A DNA stretch of 64,000 nucleotides from Candidatus Nanoarchaeia archaeon (GTDB lineage Archaea; Nanobdellota; Nanobdellia; Pacearchaeales; GW2011-AR1), in contig DATDSF010000038.1 in NCBI GenBank assembly GCA_035291345.1, positions 23,845 through 87,844 of the forward strand, written 5' to 3'. Position numbers and translations under genes: made by a program. Of the stretch, positions 31,351-41,515 are shown one piece after another. Position 1 is the first letter of the stretch; every line of letters begins with the position of its first letter. The notes beneath the pieces were generated by a model, which did not search any database, was not told the origin of the DNA, and saw nothing but the letters and a program-made list of their open reading frames with translations.

Positions 31351-32244
31351 ATGACATCAGATAATTTTCAAGAAATTTATATAAAGATTCTTCAAAAAAC
31401 TTTAGACGAAGGTATTTTGTGGGCAAAAGCTAAGACAATTACTCCAATTAGTTTTACAATTACAAATCCTGTTTTATCATTAATTAACCATAAGAAAAAC
31501 TGGTCATGGGCTTTTGTTGAACTAGCAAACAGGTTGGCTTTTGAGGAAAAGGAAATGCAAAATCCTGGATCAGCATGGACTTTTAGACCTGCTTGGAAAA
31601 GAAAACTTGAAAAAGAAAATGGAGAATTTCATTATAGTTATGGTGAGGAATATACAATACAAATTCCACACATCTTAAAAAAATTAAAACTTTCAGCAGA
31701 TCGAGAAGCTATTTTAACAATGTGGAAACCTGAGTATCTTTACATAAAAGAAATGGATAGAAGGCCTTGTACATTAAATATTCACTTCTTCAAAATTCAG
31801 AATAAGTTACATTGTTCTGTATATATGCGTACTGTTGATATAATGAATCTATTACCATATGATGTTTTTCATCACACAATGCTACAAAGATATTTAGCCT
31901 CTGTATTAGGAATTGAATTAGGAAATTTTAACTTTAATGCTTCATTTGGGTACTATCAAAAGAAAAGAGATGTTACAGGTAGTGTGCAAAATACTCTAAA
32001 TGCATTATCAAAAACCTCTTCCCTTGATTATTGTGATGATTGGAGATTTGGTGAGAAAGAAAGATTAGAAATAACTAATATAGCTTTTAGACTTGATAGA
32101 GGTGAAGGCTTTTTTTACTATCATAATCATGAACTCAGTTCCTTTGGTCAACAATATGCAAATGCTCTCATATATATTTATCAGAAAAATGCTTTATTAA
32201 AAGGGTCTGAAATTATAAATGAATTTAAAATTCTTTTACTCTAA
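31351..32244 (+). CDS. second thymidylate-synthase-fold enzyme (dCMP-type)
   Basis: YSYG, RPC catalytic Cys, MRTVDIMNLLPYD. Confidence 0.8.
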   Translation: MTSDNFQEIYIKILQKTLDEGILWAKAKTITPISFTITNPVLSLINHKKNWSWAFVELANRLAFEEKEMQNPGSAWTFRPAWKRKLEKENGEFHYSYGEEYTIQIPHILKKLKLSADREAILTMWKPEYLYIKEMDRRPCTLNIHFFKIQNKLHCSVYMRTVDIMNLLPYDVFHHTMLQRYLASVLGIELGNFNFNASFGYYQKKRDVTGSVQNTLNALSKTSSLDYCDDWRFGEKERLEITNIAFRLDRGEGFFYYHNHELSSFGQQYANALIYIYQKNALLKGSEIINEFKILLL

Positions 32245-32289
32245 CAAAGCTGAATTATATTTGTTTTGTAAAATTAAGGGATTAATTAC

Positions 32290-32796
32290 ATGATTTATAT
32301 CTTTGAAGGCTCAGATTTATCAGGAAAAACAACGTTAGCTGAAGCCTTTTCAAAAAAGAATAACATTCCACTCATTAAAAAACGTTTTGATGTATTGGGG
32401 ATGTCAAAAGAATTCTTACTTACAAATTTAATTGAAGAATTACAAAAATTCTTTTGGCTTACTATATGGCCAATAAGAGAACTTATTAATGTGGCAGTTG
32501 ATAGGTCATTACTTTCATCACTTGTTTATGGTACTTTCTTTGAAAGAGAATATGATAAAACATATATAATGGAAGCTTTAAAAGATCCATTTGTAAAAGT
32601 TTTCTTTGTATATGCTGATTCAAACTCTATTGAGAGAAGAAAACTTGTCAGAACAGAAAAACTTTTCAGTTTAGATGAAATATTAAAAATTCAAACCATG
32701 TATTTTGAAGTAGTTAAAGTACTTGAAAATGAGGGTATTAAGATTATTTCAATAAATAATTCAGATAATTCAAATATAGAAATACCGAGTATATAA
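32290..32796 (+). CDS. dNMP (thymidylate-kinase-like) kinase
   Basis: IFEGSDLSGKTT, VDRSLLSSLVY. Confidence 0.85.
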   Translation: MIYIFEGSDLSGKTTLAEAFSKKNNIPLIKKRFDVLGMSKEFLLTNLIEELQKFFWLTIWPIRELINVAVDRSLLSSLVYGTFFEREYDKTYIMEALKDPFVKVFFVYADSNSIERRKLVRTEKLFSLDEILKIQTMYFEVVKVLENEGIKIISINNSDNSNIEIPSI

Positions 32797-33440
32797 TGCA
32801 AACTTTTTTATTGTCTGATAAAGAATTTGCTGAAACTATCTATTTCAAAGACTTATGTAAAGGCTTAGAATTTCTTGATAATAAGCGTTTAAATAAACAA
32901 ATTCTTGAAGCATACCAAATCTTACAAATTTTAATAAAAGGAACTGGTAGATATTTGAGTCATCCTGTGGTTCAAATGTGGATGAGCTCAGAGAATCTTT
33001 TAGCAAGATATGGTTTTGAATGTTGTAAAGCTTTTCAATCAAAAAGTGCTATAAAGACTATACATAAGTATATGAGCTTCTTTGAAGAATATTGTTATAC
33101 AGCACGACATGCTTATTTTAAAGAACCCTTTTGGTTAGAAAATCAGAATTTTTTACATGAATTAGTAAAGTCTCATAAATCTAATCTTCAATATAAAGAC
33201 TCAAGTTATTATCAATTTAATGATATTGACTCAAATCTTTTATATGTTTGGCCTTCATATTATGTATTTGATAAAAATAATGGATTTAGAATCTCTTATG
33301 AAGGTAAAGAAGCTTTACTAAAAACATGTAAAAGGAAAGCAATCAAAGAAGATATTTATCAATCTGAAATATTAAACTCATTCATGTATTATGATGGAAA
33401 TAAATGGGTAAGAGCACTTCATTTAATGGAGAAACAATGA
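32796..33440 (+). CDS. pyrimidine-dimer DNA glycosylase-like protein
   Basis: MQTFL, LDNKRLNKQILEAYQIL, HPVVQMW, SHKSNL..KD, YVWP. Confidence 0.8.
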   Translation: MQTFLLSDKEFAETIYFKDLCKGLEFLDNKRLNKQILEAYQILQILIKGTGRYLSHPVVQMWMSSENLLARYGFECCKAFQSKSAIKTIHKYMSFFEEYCYTARHAYFKEPFWLENQNFLHELVKSHKSNLQYKDSSYYQFNDIDSNLLYVWPSYYVFDKNNGFRISYEGKEALLKTCKRKAIKEDIYQSEILNSFMYYDGNKWVRALHLMEKQ

Positions 33441-34426
33441 AATTTTCTGTTGGTGGTTTTCAATGCGGCATAGGTAATTTATTAGGCTTCCAATTAGAAG
33501 GTTATAATGTGCTTTTTAATGTGGATAATAGAGAGTTTATACATAAAGGTAAGGTAGCTTTTTATGATAATTTCCCTAATATAAGTATTAGTAATGATTT
33601 TGATGATGGATTAGTAAATTATCCTACTCCAACAGTTTTAATATCATCTCCATCCTGTAGTCAAATTTCTGCATTAGGAGTGAAAAGAAAGGATCGTTCA
33701 AGTTTAAAGACTCTTGGCATTAAAGATTTTGAATTTTATCATGCTCTAGTAAAATTACTTTATACAAATGCTCCATATATTGTTATGGAATATTTACCTT
33801 CTCTCCTTAGGTTTTTTGAAGTAAGGCATAATGAACTTTATTGTATATCAACAAAAGAATCATTCTCATATCCAGATCATTATCGTGTTCAAATTGTTAA
33901 TGTTGATTCACAAATATATGGAACGCCACAGTCTAGAAAACGTTTATTTATTTTCTTTTCGCTAAAGAATTTAGATTTTATGTATCTTAAACCTTCTACA
34001 ATGCTCGCTGGTAAAAAAGCTGGAGAAGTTTTAATTGTATTAGATCTTTTAAGAAAAGATAGAAAATTATATGATGATGAACATCCTAATCATTCTGAAG
34101 AAAGAAAACAAGGTTTTAATAAGCTCTTACCAGGTGATAGTTTTTATGGAACTCAAAATAATAAAAGATTAGATCCTGAAAAGATTTGCCCAGTTATTGC
34201 ATCATCAAAAACTCAATATGTACATCCTTGGCATGATAGAGTACTTACACCAAGAGAAGCGGCTACATTTCAAGGATTCCCATTAGATTTTCAATTTGGG
34301 CATATAAGTTTTTCAACAAAGCTGGATTTAATTGGTAGAAGTATACCAGTACAAGTTGCTGCTCATATAGCAAGTGAGATTAAATACAATTATGAAAGAA
34401 ATATTGATTTAGGAGTTATAGGATGA
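33437..34426 (+). CDS. C5-cytosine DNA methyltransferase-like protein 1
   Basis: FQCGIG motif I, SPSC catalytic motif, PQSRKR, LTPREAATFQGFP; start by ATGA overlap. Confidence 0.8.
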   Translation: MKFSVGGFQCGIGNLLGFQLEGYNVLFNVDNREFIHKGKVAFYDNFPNISISNDFDDGLVNYPTPTVLISSPSCSQISALGVKRKDRSSLKTLGIKDFEFYHALVKLLYTNAPYIVMEYLPSLLRFFEVRHNELYCISTKESFSYPDHYRVQIVNVDSQIYGTPQSRKRLFIFFSLKNLDFMYLKPSTMLAGKKAGEVLIVLDLLRKDRKLYDDEHPNHSEERKQGFNKLLPGDSFYGTQNNKRLDPEKICPVIASSKTQYVHPWHDRVLTPREAATFQGFPLDFQFGHISFSTKLDLIGRSIPVQVAAHIASEIKYNYERNIDLGVIG

Positions 34427-34729
34427 GTAATTTTCAATCGATACTAATAACAATTAATGGTTCTAGAATTAAAGAGATGGCTTCTAGAAAAATGGTATTA
34501 TTACAAACTGTTGCAGCTAAATTAGCTGAACAAATGGAAGATTTAAGAAGAGGCCATCTTAATGCAGACGATCGTCAACTTATTAAAGAAAAGAAAGATT
34601 TTGAGTTATTGAAAATAGATGACTCTGTTAACTTCTGTCAAGTTTTAATAGATTTTATTCCAAATGAAAAGGAATATGAATTAAGTGCGAGAGAATTAAA
34701 TTTCTTACGTAATGATAAGATAATTTCTT

Positions 34730-35494
34730 ATGAATGAAATCCTAGTAAATCAAGTTTATCAATGTGATAATCTATACTTACTCAAAGAATTACCAAGTAA
34801 GTGTATAGATTTGATATATGGGGATGTGTTATTTGGTACTGGAAAAGATTTTAAGGAGTTTAAAGATTTAAAACCTGTGAGATTAGACATATTGGAATTC
34901 TATACTCCAAGATTAATAGAAATGCATAGGGTTCTTAAACCAACTGGTTTATTATACTTTCATTGTGATTCAATCATTTCCCATTGGATAAGAATACTTA
35001 TTGATGGTATTTTTGGTGATCATAATTTCAGAAATGAAATAATATGGTACTATAATTCTGCACCTCGTAAGAAAAAAGATTTTGGAAAAAGACATGATAC
35101 TATATTAAGATATACAAAAACTGAGAACTATTATTTCAACCCAGATTCTAAATATGTAAGACAACCATATTCAGAAACTGCACCAAGAGGTTATGATAAA
35201 GAAAAATATTATGATCAAAGAGGTAAAATATTAGACGATGTATGGACCATTTCAATTCTAGGTCAAAATGATAAAACAGAGAGAACTGGTTACCCTACTC
35301 AAAAGCCAAAATCTTTATTATATCCAATTATAGACTCAAGTTGTCCAAGTGATGGAGTATTCTTTGATCCTTTTGTTGGTTCAGGAACTTCTGTTGTTGT
35401 TGCAAAAGAATTAAATATAGATTTCATTGGGTGTGACATAAATCATAATGCTATTTCTTATACTATAGAGAGGTTAAAGAATGTTAATTGCTGA
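34730..35494 (+). CDS. N4/N6 DNA methyltransferase (beta class)
   Basis: DLIYGDVLF variant motif IV, YPTQKP, DPFVGSGT. Confidence 0.85.
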   Translation: MNEILVNQVYQCDNLYLLKELPSKCIDLIYGDVLFGTGKDFKEFKDLKPVRLDILEFYTPRLIEMHRVLKPTGLLYFHCDSIISHWIRILIDGIFGDHNFRNEIIWYYNSAPRKKKDFGKRHDTILRYTKTENYYFNPDSKYVRQPYSETAPRGYDKEKYYDQRGKILDDVWTISILGQNDKTERTGYPTQKPKSLLYPIIDSSCPSDGVFFDPFVGSGTSVVVAKELNIDFIGCDINHNAISYTIERLKNVNC

Positions 35495-35783
35495 CATAAT
35501 TAAATTAGCGGAATCAGATTTTTCAGAGTGTTTGGAAACATTAAGAAAAAAGGGGAATGACTATGCTGCAGAGATTGATGGTCTTTCTAATTTTAAATAT
35601 TCCGGTGATTTTGCTGGAGTTACACAAGAGCAATCTTGTAAAGTACTAATTGGTACTAAGCTTGCAAGATTAAGAGAATTAACTAATAATCCAAACAAAG
35701 TTGTTGCAAATGAATCAGTAAATGATACTATCAAAGATTTAATAAATTATTTAATCTTATGGAAAAGTATTAGAAATGAGTAA
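35481..35783 (+). CDS. nucleotide-modification-associated small helical protein (DUF1599-like)
   Basis: KKGNDY...SNF...KLARL...NESVNDTIKDLINY. Confidence 0.65.
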   Translation: MLIADIIKLAESDFSECLETLRKKGNDYAAEIDGLSNFKYSGDFAGVTQEQSCKVLIGTKLARLRELTNNPNKVVANESVNDTIKDLINYLILWKSIRNE

Positions 35784-36798
35784 AATTCTAAGCACTAAAG
35801 ATGAATTAATACCACATCCAATATCGAAAGTTTCTTTTGGTAGTATCTATTGTGGAGCAGGTTTTCCTATTTTAGGAGCACTTTGGGCAGGTATGAATGC
35901 TAGATGGGGTCTAGAACCACGACCTTATTTTAATATAAAAACTTTCCGTAGCAATTTTCAATCTATTATGTATTCAAGTGAACTGGAAGCTTTTCATCAA
36001 TACCCAGTTGATGTTATTTGGGGAAGTCCAAGTTGTGGAGAGATATCATCAAGTTCTAGAAATTCCAAGAATGCAAAAACTATGGCTATGAAAGAATTTC
36101 AAGATTTTGAATATGTAAGATTTATATTAGAAATTATTGCTAGAAAACCAAAAGTATTCATTCTTGAAAATATACCTTCTGTGAAAAACTTTGTTCAATT
36201 TAATTCTACTCCTGCTGGATTTATATTAAAGCATCAAATCTCAAAAGAAGAAGTTCCTCTGTATGATTATTATATTGAAGAGCATAGGATTACCCCAACT
36301 GAAGTTGGTATACCTCAAGTGAGAGATAGGCTATTTACAATTGGTAGTAGATTTCCTTTTAGGTTTATGTTAGAACCACCAGAAAAAGATTATAGAGCTG
36401 AACTATCTATTGGGCCTATCTTTGAAGAACTTGATGACCTTAGAAGACAAGGTGTTACTTTACATAATGATCATTTTCCAAAACATTCAGAAGAAAAAAT
36501 TGAAAAAATGTCTCGTATTCGTCCTGGAGAAGGTCTCTACGGAGGAATCAACAACAAAAGACTGGACTCAACAAAATGTGGTCCAGTTATCATGTCTTCA
36601 GCAACTAGGTACATACATCCTTGGGAACATAGACTCCTTACAGGAAGAGAATCAGCATGCCTTATGGGACTACCTTTAGACTTCTTGTTTATTGGAAGCG
36701 AAAATAAAGTATTAGATCAGATAGGGAAAGGTATTGTACCACAAGTTGGTGAATATATTCTAAAACAAGTAAAAAAGTATTTGGAAAAAGAGTCATGA
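35776..36798 (+). CDS. C5-cytosine DNA methyltransferase-like protein 2
   Basis: YCGAG, GSPSC, FILENI, PQVRDR, LTGRESACLMGLP, QIGKG. Confidence 0.85.
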   Translation: MSKILSTKDELIPHPISKVSFGSIYCGAGFPILGALWAGMNARWGLEPRPYFNIKTFRSNFQSIMYSSELEAFHQYPVDVIWGSPSCGEISSSSRNSKNAKTMAMKEFQDFEYVRFILEIIARKPKVFILENIPSVKNFVQFNSTPAGFILKHQISKEEVPLYDYYIEEHRITPTEVGIPQVRDRLFTIGSRFPFRFMLEPPEKDYRAELSIGPIFEELDDLRRQGVTLHNDHFPKHSEEKIEKMSRIRPGEGLYGGINNKRLDSTKCGPVIMSSATRYIHPWEHRLLTGRESACLMGLPLDFLFIGSENKVLDQIGKGIVPQVGEYILKQVKKYLEKES

Positions 36799-37102
36799 GA
36801 AATAATGTCCAGATTATATCAGAATATAAGCTAAAGAGTAATTCAATACGGAAAGGTTTTTATTTAAGTCAAGTATTGATAACATGGTTAATATTAGATA
36901 AGTTTAACCCATCTACAGTAATAAGTACAATTTATTATGTATTAGTAGCACTTTTTCTAGTAATAAGATTAGTTTACATTACACAAATTGAAAAAGAGAT
37001 GTCATTAGAAAGCTTGGTATATGGTATTTTAAAAAATGTTAGTGATAATAAATCAATTAAATCAATTAATGATATTATAAATAAAAATTAAAGGAAATAG
37101 TA

Positions 37103-38971
37103 ATGAATAAAATAAGTACTGAACAATTCAAGAAAGCTACTTCAGAGATAATGAAAGGTATAAATACCCCTCATAATAGAGAGATTGTTAAAGAATATTA
37201 TAGAGGTAATGAGAATGTATGGCTTGATTCAGCAAATAATCCTTTAATAAGACCTAGACTTGATTTTGTAAAAAATGCAGTATCAACTCTTAGTGCTGTA
37301 AAAGGTAAAGATATCAAAATTCTTGATATTGGAGCTTGGTCTGGTTTGTTTTCAAATGAGCTTAAAATGTTGGGTTATAATAAAGTTCAATGTCTTGAAT
37401 TAAATGTAAAGGCATGTCACTTAGGAGAATTTAGATATGCTTTACCCTACATCAATGCAGATGTTGAAACATATAAAACATTTGAAAAGTTTGATGTTAT
37501 CATAATGGGAGAGATTATTGAACATTTAATCAATCCAGCTGAGACAATTAATAAAGTTAAATCTTGGTTATCTGATAATGGACTTTTATTAATAACTATA
37601 CCAAGAGAAGAACATATGTGGCCAGGAGTTACTGGAAATCCAGCAGATGAAGGATCTGAGCATATTAACCAGATATCAATTGAGGATCTTGAAAAACTAG
37701 GTATGGTTATTACAGATACTATAACCGCTGCTAACAATGAAATGTCATGGCATGTTGGGTATATAGTGAATTCAGTTATTGAAACAAAATTGAAAGAACC
37801 AGAAAAACCAACGTTTCACCTATTAGGCTTAGCAGATTATAAACTTGGATGGGAAGAAGCACCTAATAATCCATTCAATACTAAAATTATTTATATGTGC
37901 AGGATGCTTAAAGAATTAGACTATAAAGTAATTGTTTATGGTGTTGAAGGAAGCAAAATTGATGAGAAGATTGATGAATTTGTTTCTGTTGTTTCTGAGA
38001 GCATGCATAATAAAATACATGGCAAAAGAGATAAAAATGCTCTTGACCATCTAACTAATCAAGAAGGTCTTGATTTTGAAGCTTTTATTAAGAATACAAT
38101 TGAAAGTCTTGAGTCAAGAGTTAAAAAGCATGATTTTATTCTAAATTTCTTTGGGGATGCTTTTAGACCTATCACAGATGTCTATGCATCTCATTGTATT
38201 TGTATTGAACCTGGAATAGGACATGGTGGATCATATTTACCGGATAGAATTTTTGAATCATACACATGGGCAACAGCTTGTTACTATAGGTGGAATAAAA
38301 ACTCTCCCTCATATTTTCCAAACAACTATGATTATGTTATCCCAGCATATTTTAATGTAGATGATTACCCATTTGAAGCAGAGAAAGATGATTATTATGT
38401 ATTCTTGGGAAGGAAAACTTGGGGTAAAGGCTTATCAGTTGCTATTGATGTCACTCACCAATTAGGCAAAAAACTTGTAGTTATAGGCGGTGGTAGTATA
38501 TTTGATCCTGACATTCAAGCGGGTTCAGTATATAAAGTATTTGATCATGTAGTTGAAGTAGGAGTATTACCACTTAAGCAAAAAGTTAAATACTTATCAA
38601 AAGCTAAAGCTCTAATCTATTTTAGTCTATATGTTGAGCCATTTGGTCATGCTCCAATTGAAGCCATGTTATGTGGTACTCCAATTATTACCAGTGACTA
38701 TGGAGCTTTTGTTGAAACAAACCTCCATGGAATAACTGGTTATAGATGTAAAACTATGAATGATATTTACTGGGCTTGTAAATCATCTGAGAAGCTTAAT
38801 CCAGAAAAGATAAGAAAATATGCTGTTGAAAATTATGGGTTAGAGAACATAAAAGAAATGTTTAAAAGATATTTTAAAGATACTCATGATTTAAGAACAG
38901 GAAAAGCAGACTGGTATACAATTGACAAACAAAATCCTGCAAACCTTGAATATCTAAGGAAAAAAATATGA
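37103..38971 (+). CDS. SAM methyltransferase fused to GT-B (GT4) glycosyltransferase
   Basis: ILDIGAWSG and EIIEH in the N-terminal part; EPFGHAPIEAMLCGTPII in the C-terminal part. Confidence 0.88.
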   Translation: MNKISTEQFKKATSEIMKGINTPHNREIVKEYYRGNENVWLDSANNPLIRPRLDFVKNAVSTLSAVKGKDIKILDIGAWSGLFSNELKMLGYNKVQCLELNVKACHLGEFRYALPYINADVETYKTFEKFDVIIMGEIIEHLINPAETINKVKSWLSDNGLLLITIPREEHMWPGVTGNPADEGSEHINQISIEDLEKLGMVITDTITAANNEMSWHVGYIVNSVIETKLKEPEKPTFHLLGLADYKLGWEEAPNNPFNTKIIYMCRMLKELDYKVIVYGVEGSKIDEKIDEFVSVVSESMHNKIHGKRDKNALDHLTNQEGLDFEAFIKNTIESLESRVKKHDFILNFFGDAFRPITDVYASHCICIEPGIGHGGSYLPDRIFESYTWATACYYRWNKNSPSYFPNNYDYVIPAYFNVDDYPFEAEKDDYYVFLGRKTWGKGLSVAIDVTHQLGKKLVVIGGGSIFDPDIQAGSVYKVFDHVVEVGVLPLKQKVKYLSKAKALIYFSLYVEPFGHAPIEAMLCGTPIITSDYGAFVETNLHGITGYRCKTMNDIYWACKSSEKLNPEKIRKYAVENYGLENIKEMFKRYFKDTHDLRTGKADWYTIDKQNPANLEYLRKKI

Positions 38972-41091
38972 AAAATAAGATTGCAATTTTAGTAATTAAT
39001 TATGAAACCCCAGAATTAACAAAAAACTTAATGAATCAAATTAAGACATTTGATGAATCAAAGTTTGATTTAACTATTTGGGATAATAGTTCTTCAAATA
39101 AGATGACAGAAGCTACTGAACTTAGCACCCGTAATCTTGGATTCGATCAAACTGTATTAAAATGGTTAAGCTGTAAAGAAGATTATGCTGGATATTGGCT
39201 TTTAAATAGTGATTGTGTTTTGGATTTACAATATAATTACTTAGATAAATTCTTAAATTTGATTAATCATGCTGATAATATTGGTATAGTCACAACAAAG
39301 GTTAATGACACTCTTAATGGATTTATATCTCCCCAGAGAATTACACAAAAGGGTATATTTCTCACTAGATATTCTGATTTGCAATCTGCAGTTTTGTCAA
39401 ATTCATTTGTAAAAGCTTTCTTAAAAGGTTTAAAAGGGAAAAAATTAAATTACTTTCATGGCGGATTAGATTTAGATTTTGCATTATTTGCTGAACGAGA
39501 AAATTTCTTAATATTAGTAGATTCTACTATGGAAATCAATCATTTGGTTGGAAAATCAACGGATAAAGCGATACCCATTAATGATTTTACCAATTTCTTG
39601 ATTGAAAGGTTTGGTAATTTATCAATACTTGACAAATATACCAATTCTACTGATACTATTAGATTTAATGAAGGTAATGCAGAACTATTAAGTGCTACTT
39701 TGATTGAAAGATATTCAATGCCTGTACCAGAAAATAAAACACCTTTAAAAGCAGTCATTGAATTAAAATCAAAAAAACTACAAGGACAAATGGTAGATTG
39801 GGGAATTATTAATTTTAATAACGGAATTAAGCTTTTTAATGAAATTAAATATGCAGAAGCTATTCCATATCTTAAAATAGCTGCTTATGCAGGAATACAT
39901 CAAGCATATGCATATTTAAGTAGTTGTTATGATCAGACTGGTCGATTCTCAGAAGGATCTGAGTTTTTTAAACCATTAGTTAATCTAGAAGTTTATGATG
40001 ATGTTAGGTCAAGGTATGAATATTTAACTGCTCAAAGAGACACTTATGAAGTTGTAAAAAGAAAACAACAGTTAATAGTTTTCTATGTAAAACCTGATGC
40101 TGGGCATACTTGGGACGCAGATAACACTGAGAAAGGAATTGGCGGATCTGAAATTGCAGTAATACAACTTTCAAAAGAACTTGCTAAATTAGGTCACTTA
40201 GTTTATGTTTTTAATAATTGTGGTAATCCAAAAATCATTGATGGTGTAGCTTGGGAACCTATAGAGAAATTTGATGCTTTTGAAAAGATAAATGAAATAC
40301 ATACTTTAATAGTGTCAAGATTACCAGAATTTAGATTTGTGAATCCAAAGACTAAAGTTTATTTTTGGGCTCATGATTTAAACTATTATAACAGGATTAA
40401 TCCTATTAATATAAACTATTTTGATAAATTTTTAGTGTTATCAAGATATCATTATAGATTCTTTACGGCTGCATATCCATTTATACCTACTAGTAAAATG
40501 GAGATTTTTGCTAATGGTTTAGATTTATCAAGATTTAACCAAAAAGTAGAAAGAATACCTACAAAATTAATATATTCAAGTAATCCAGATAGAGGCATGA
40601 CTGAGTTGATACCCATTTTTGAAGAACTAAAAAAATGGGATAATAGATTAGAATTACATGTTTTTGGATACTATCCAGATAATATTAGAAAACATCCAAA
40701 TTATTGGAAAGAAACACCTGGATTAATTTATAGAGGATATCATAATCAGAAAGATCTTGCAAAAGAATATATGTCTAGTAAATTATGGTTATATCCTTGC
40801 ACATGGTTAGAAACATTTTGTATTACAGCCATTGAAGCTCAAGCAGCAGGAACTCCAGCAGTTGCTTCAGATTGGGGTTGTTTGAGAGAAAGAGTTGGAA
40901 ATGCCGGTATTATTGTTGATGGTTGGATAAAAAATAAAGACCATAGAGAAAATTTTATAAATGCTGTTAAACATTTATTAACCAATGATATTGACTGGTA
41001 TGATTATCATCAAAAAGGATTAGAACAGTCTAAGAACTTATCTTGGATTAATGTTGCAAAAAGATTCTTAGAATTGGGAGATAAATTATGA
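38968..41091 (+). CDS. GT2 + TPR-like + GT4 multi-domain glycosyltransferase
   Basis: ILVINY, NLGF, LLNSD (GT2); GIGGSE, YSSNPDRG, ETFCITAIEAQAAG (GT4). Confidence 0.88.
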   Translation: MKNKIAILVINYETPELTKNLMNQIKTFDESKFDLTIWDNSSSNKMTEATELSTRNLGFDQTVLKWLSCKEDYAGYWLLNSDCVLDLQYNYLDKFLNLINHADNIGIVTTKVNDTLNGFISPQRITQKGIFLTRYSDLQSAVLSNSFVKAFLKGLKGKKLNYFHGGLDLDFALFAERENFLILVDSTMEINHLVGKSTDKAIPINDFTNFLIERFGNLSILDKYTNSTDTIRFNEGNAELLSATLIERYSMPVPENKTPLKAVIELKSKKLQGQMVDWGIINFNNGIKLFNEIKYAEAIPYLKIAAYAGIHQAYAYLSSCYDQTGRFSEGSEFFKPLVNLEVYDDVRSRYEYLTAQRDTYEVVKRKQQLIVFYVKPDAGHTWDADNTEKGIGGSEIAVIQLSKELAKLGHLVYVFNNCGNPKIIDGVAWEPIEKFDAFEKINEIHTLIVSRLPEFRFVNPKTKVYFWAHDLNYYNRINPININYFDKFLVLSRYHYRFFTAAYPFIPTSKMEIFANGLDLSRFNQKVERIPTKLIYSSNPDRGMTELIPIFEELKKWDNRLELHVFGYYPDNIRKHPNYWKETPGLIYRGYHNQKDLAKEYMSSKLWLYPCTWLETFCITAIEAQAAGTPAVASDWGCLRERVGNAGIIVDGWIKNKDHRENFINAVKHLLTNDIDWYDYHQKGLEQSKNLSWINVAKRFLELGDKL

Positions 41092-41515
41092 CACAAGAAC
41101 AAAAAGAGCAAGTTTCTGAATTTTTATTATATGAGATAGCATCTTCTCCATTTGCATCATTTATAGGGTTACATTATTTTCAAAACATAACAGCAATATA
41201 TTTTGCTTGGAAGGTTAAAAGAAAATTTAATAAATATTTATTATTTAAGGCTAAGAAAAATGGAATCAAACAGAGTAGTTAATACATATTTAGGTATGAT
41301 TGAAGATGAGAAAACTTGTTTAAAAGTAAACAAAGTCAAACTAAAATTAGCACTTCTAGGCTATGGTCAACATCAATTAGAGGGAATAGGATACGTAGGT
41401 ATATTAGAAATGCTTATGAAAGAAGAGAAAAATAAACGTAGAATTATATTTATTCAATTAAAAATACTCTATTATAATTTTATTAAATGGTTTCCTATTA
41501 AAATTAGTATAAGAA

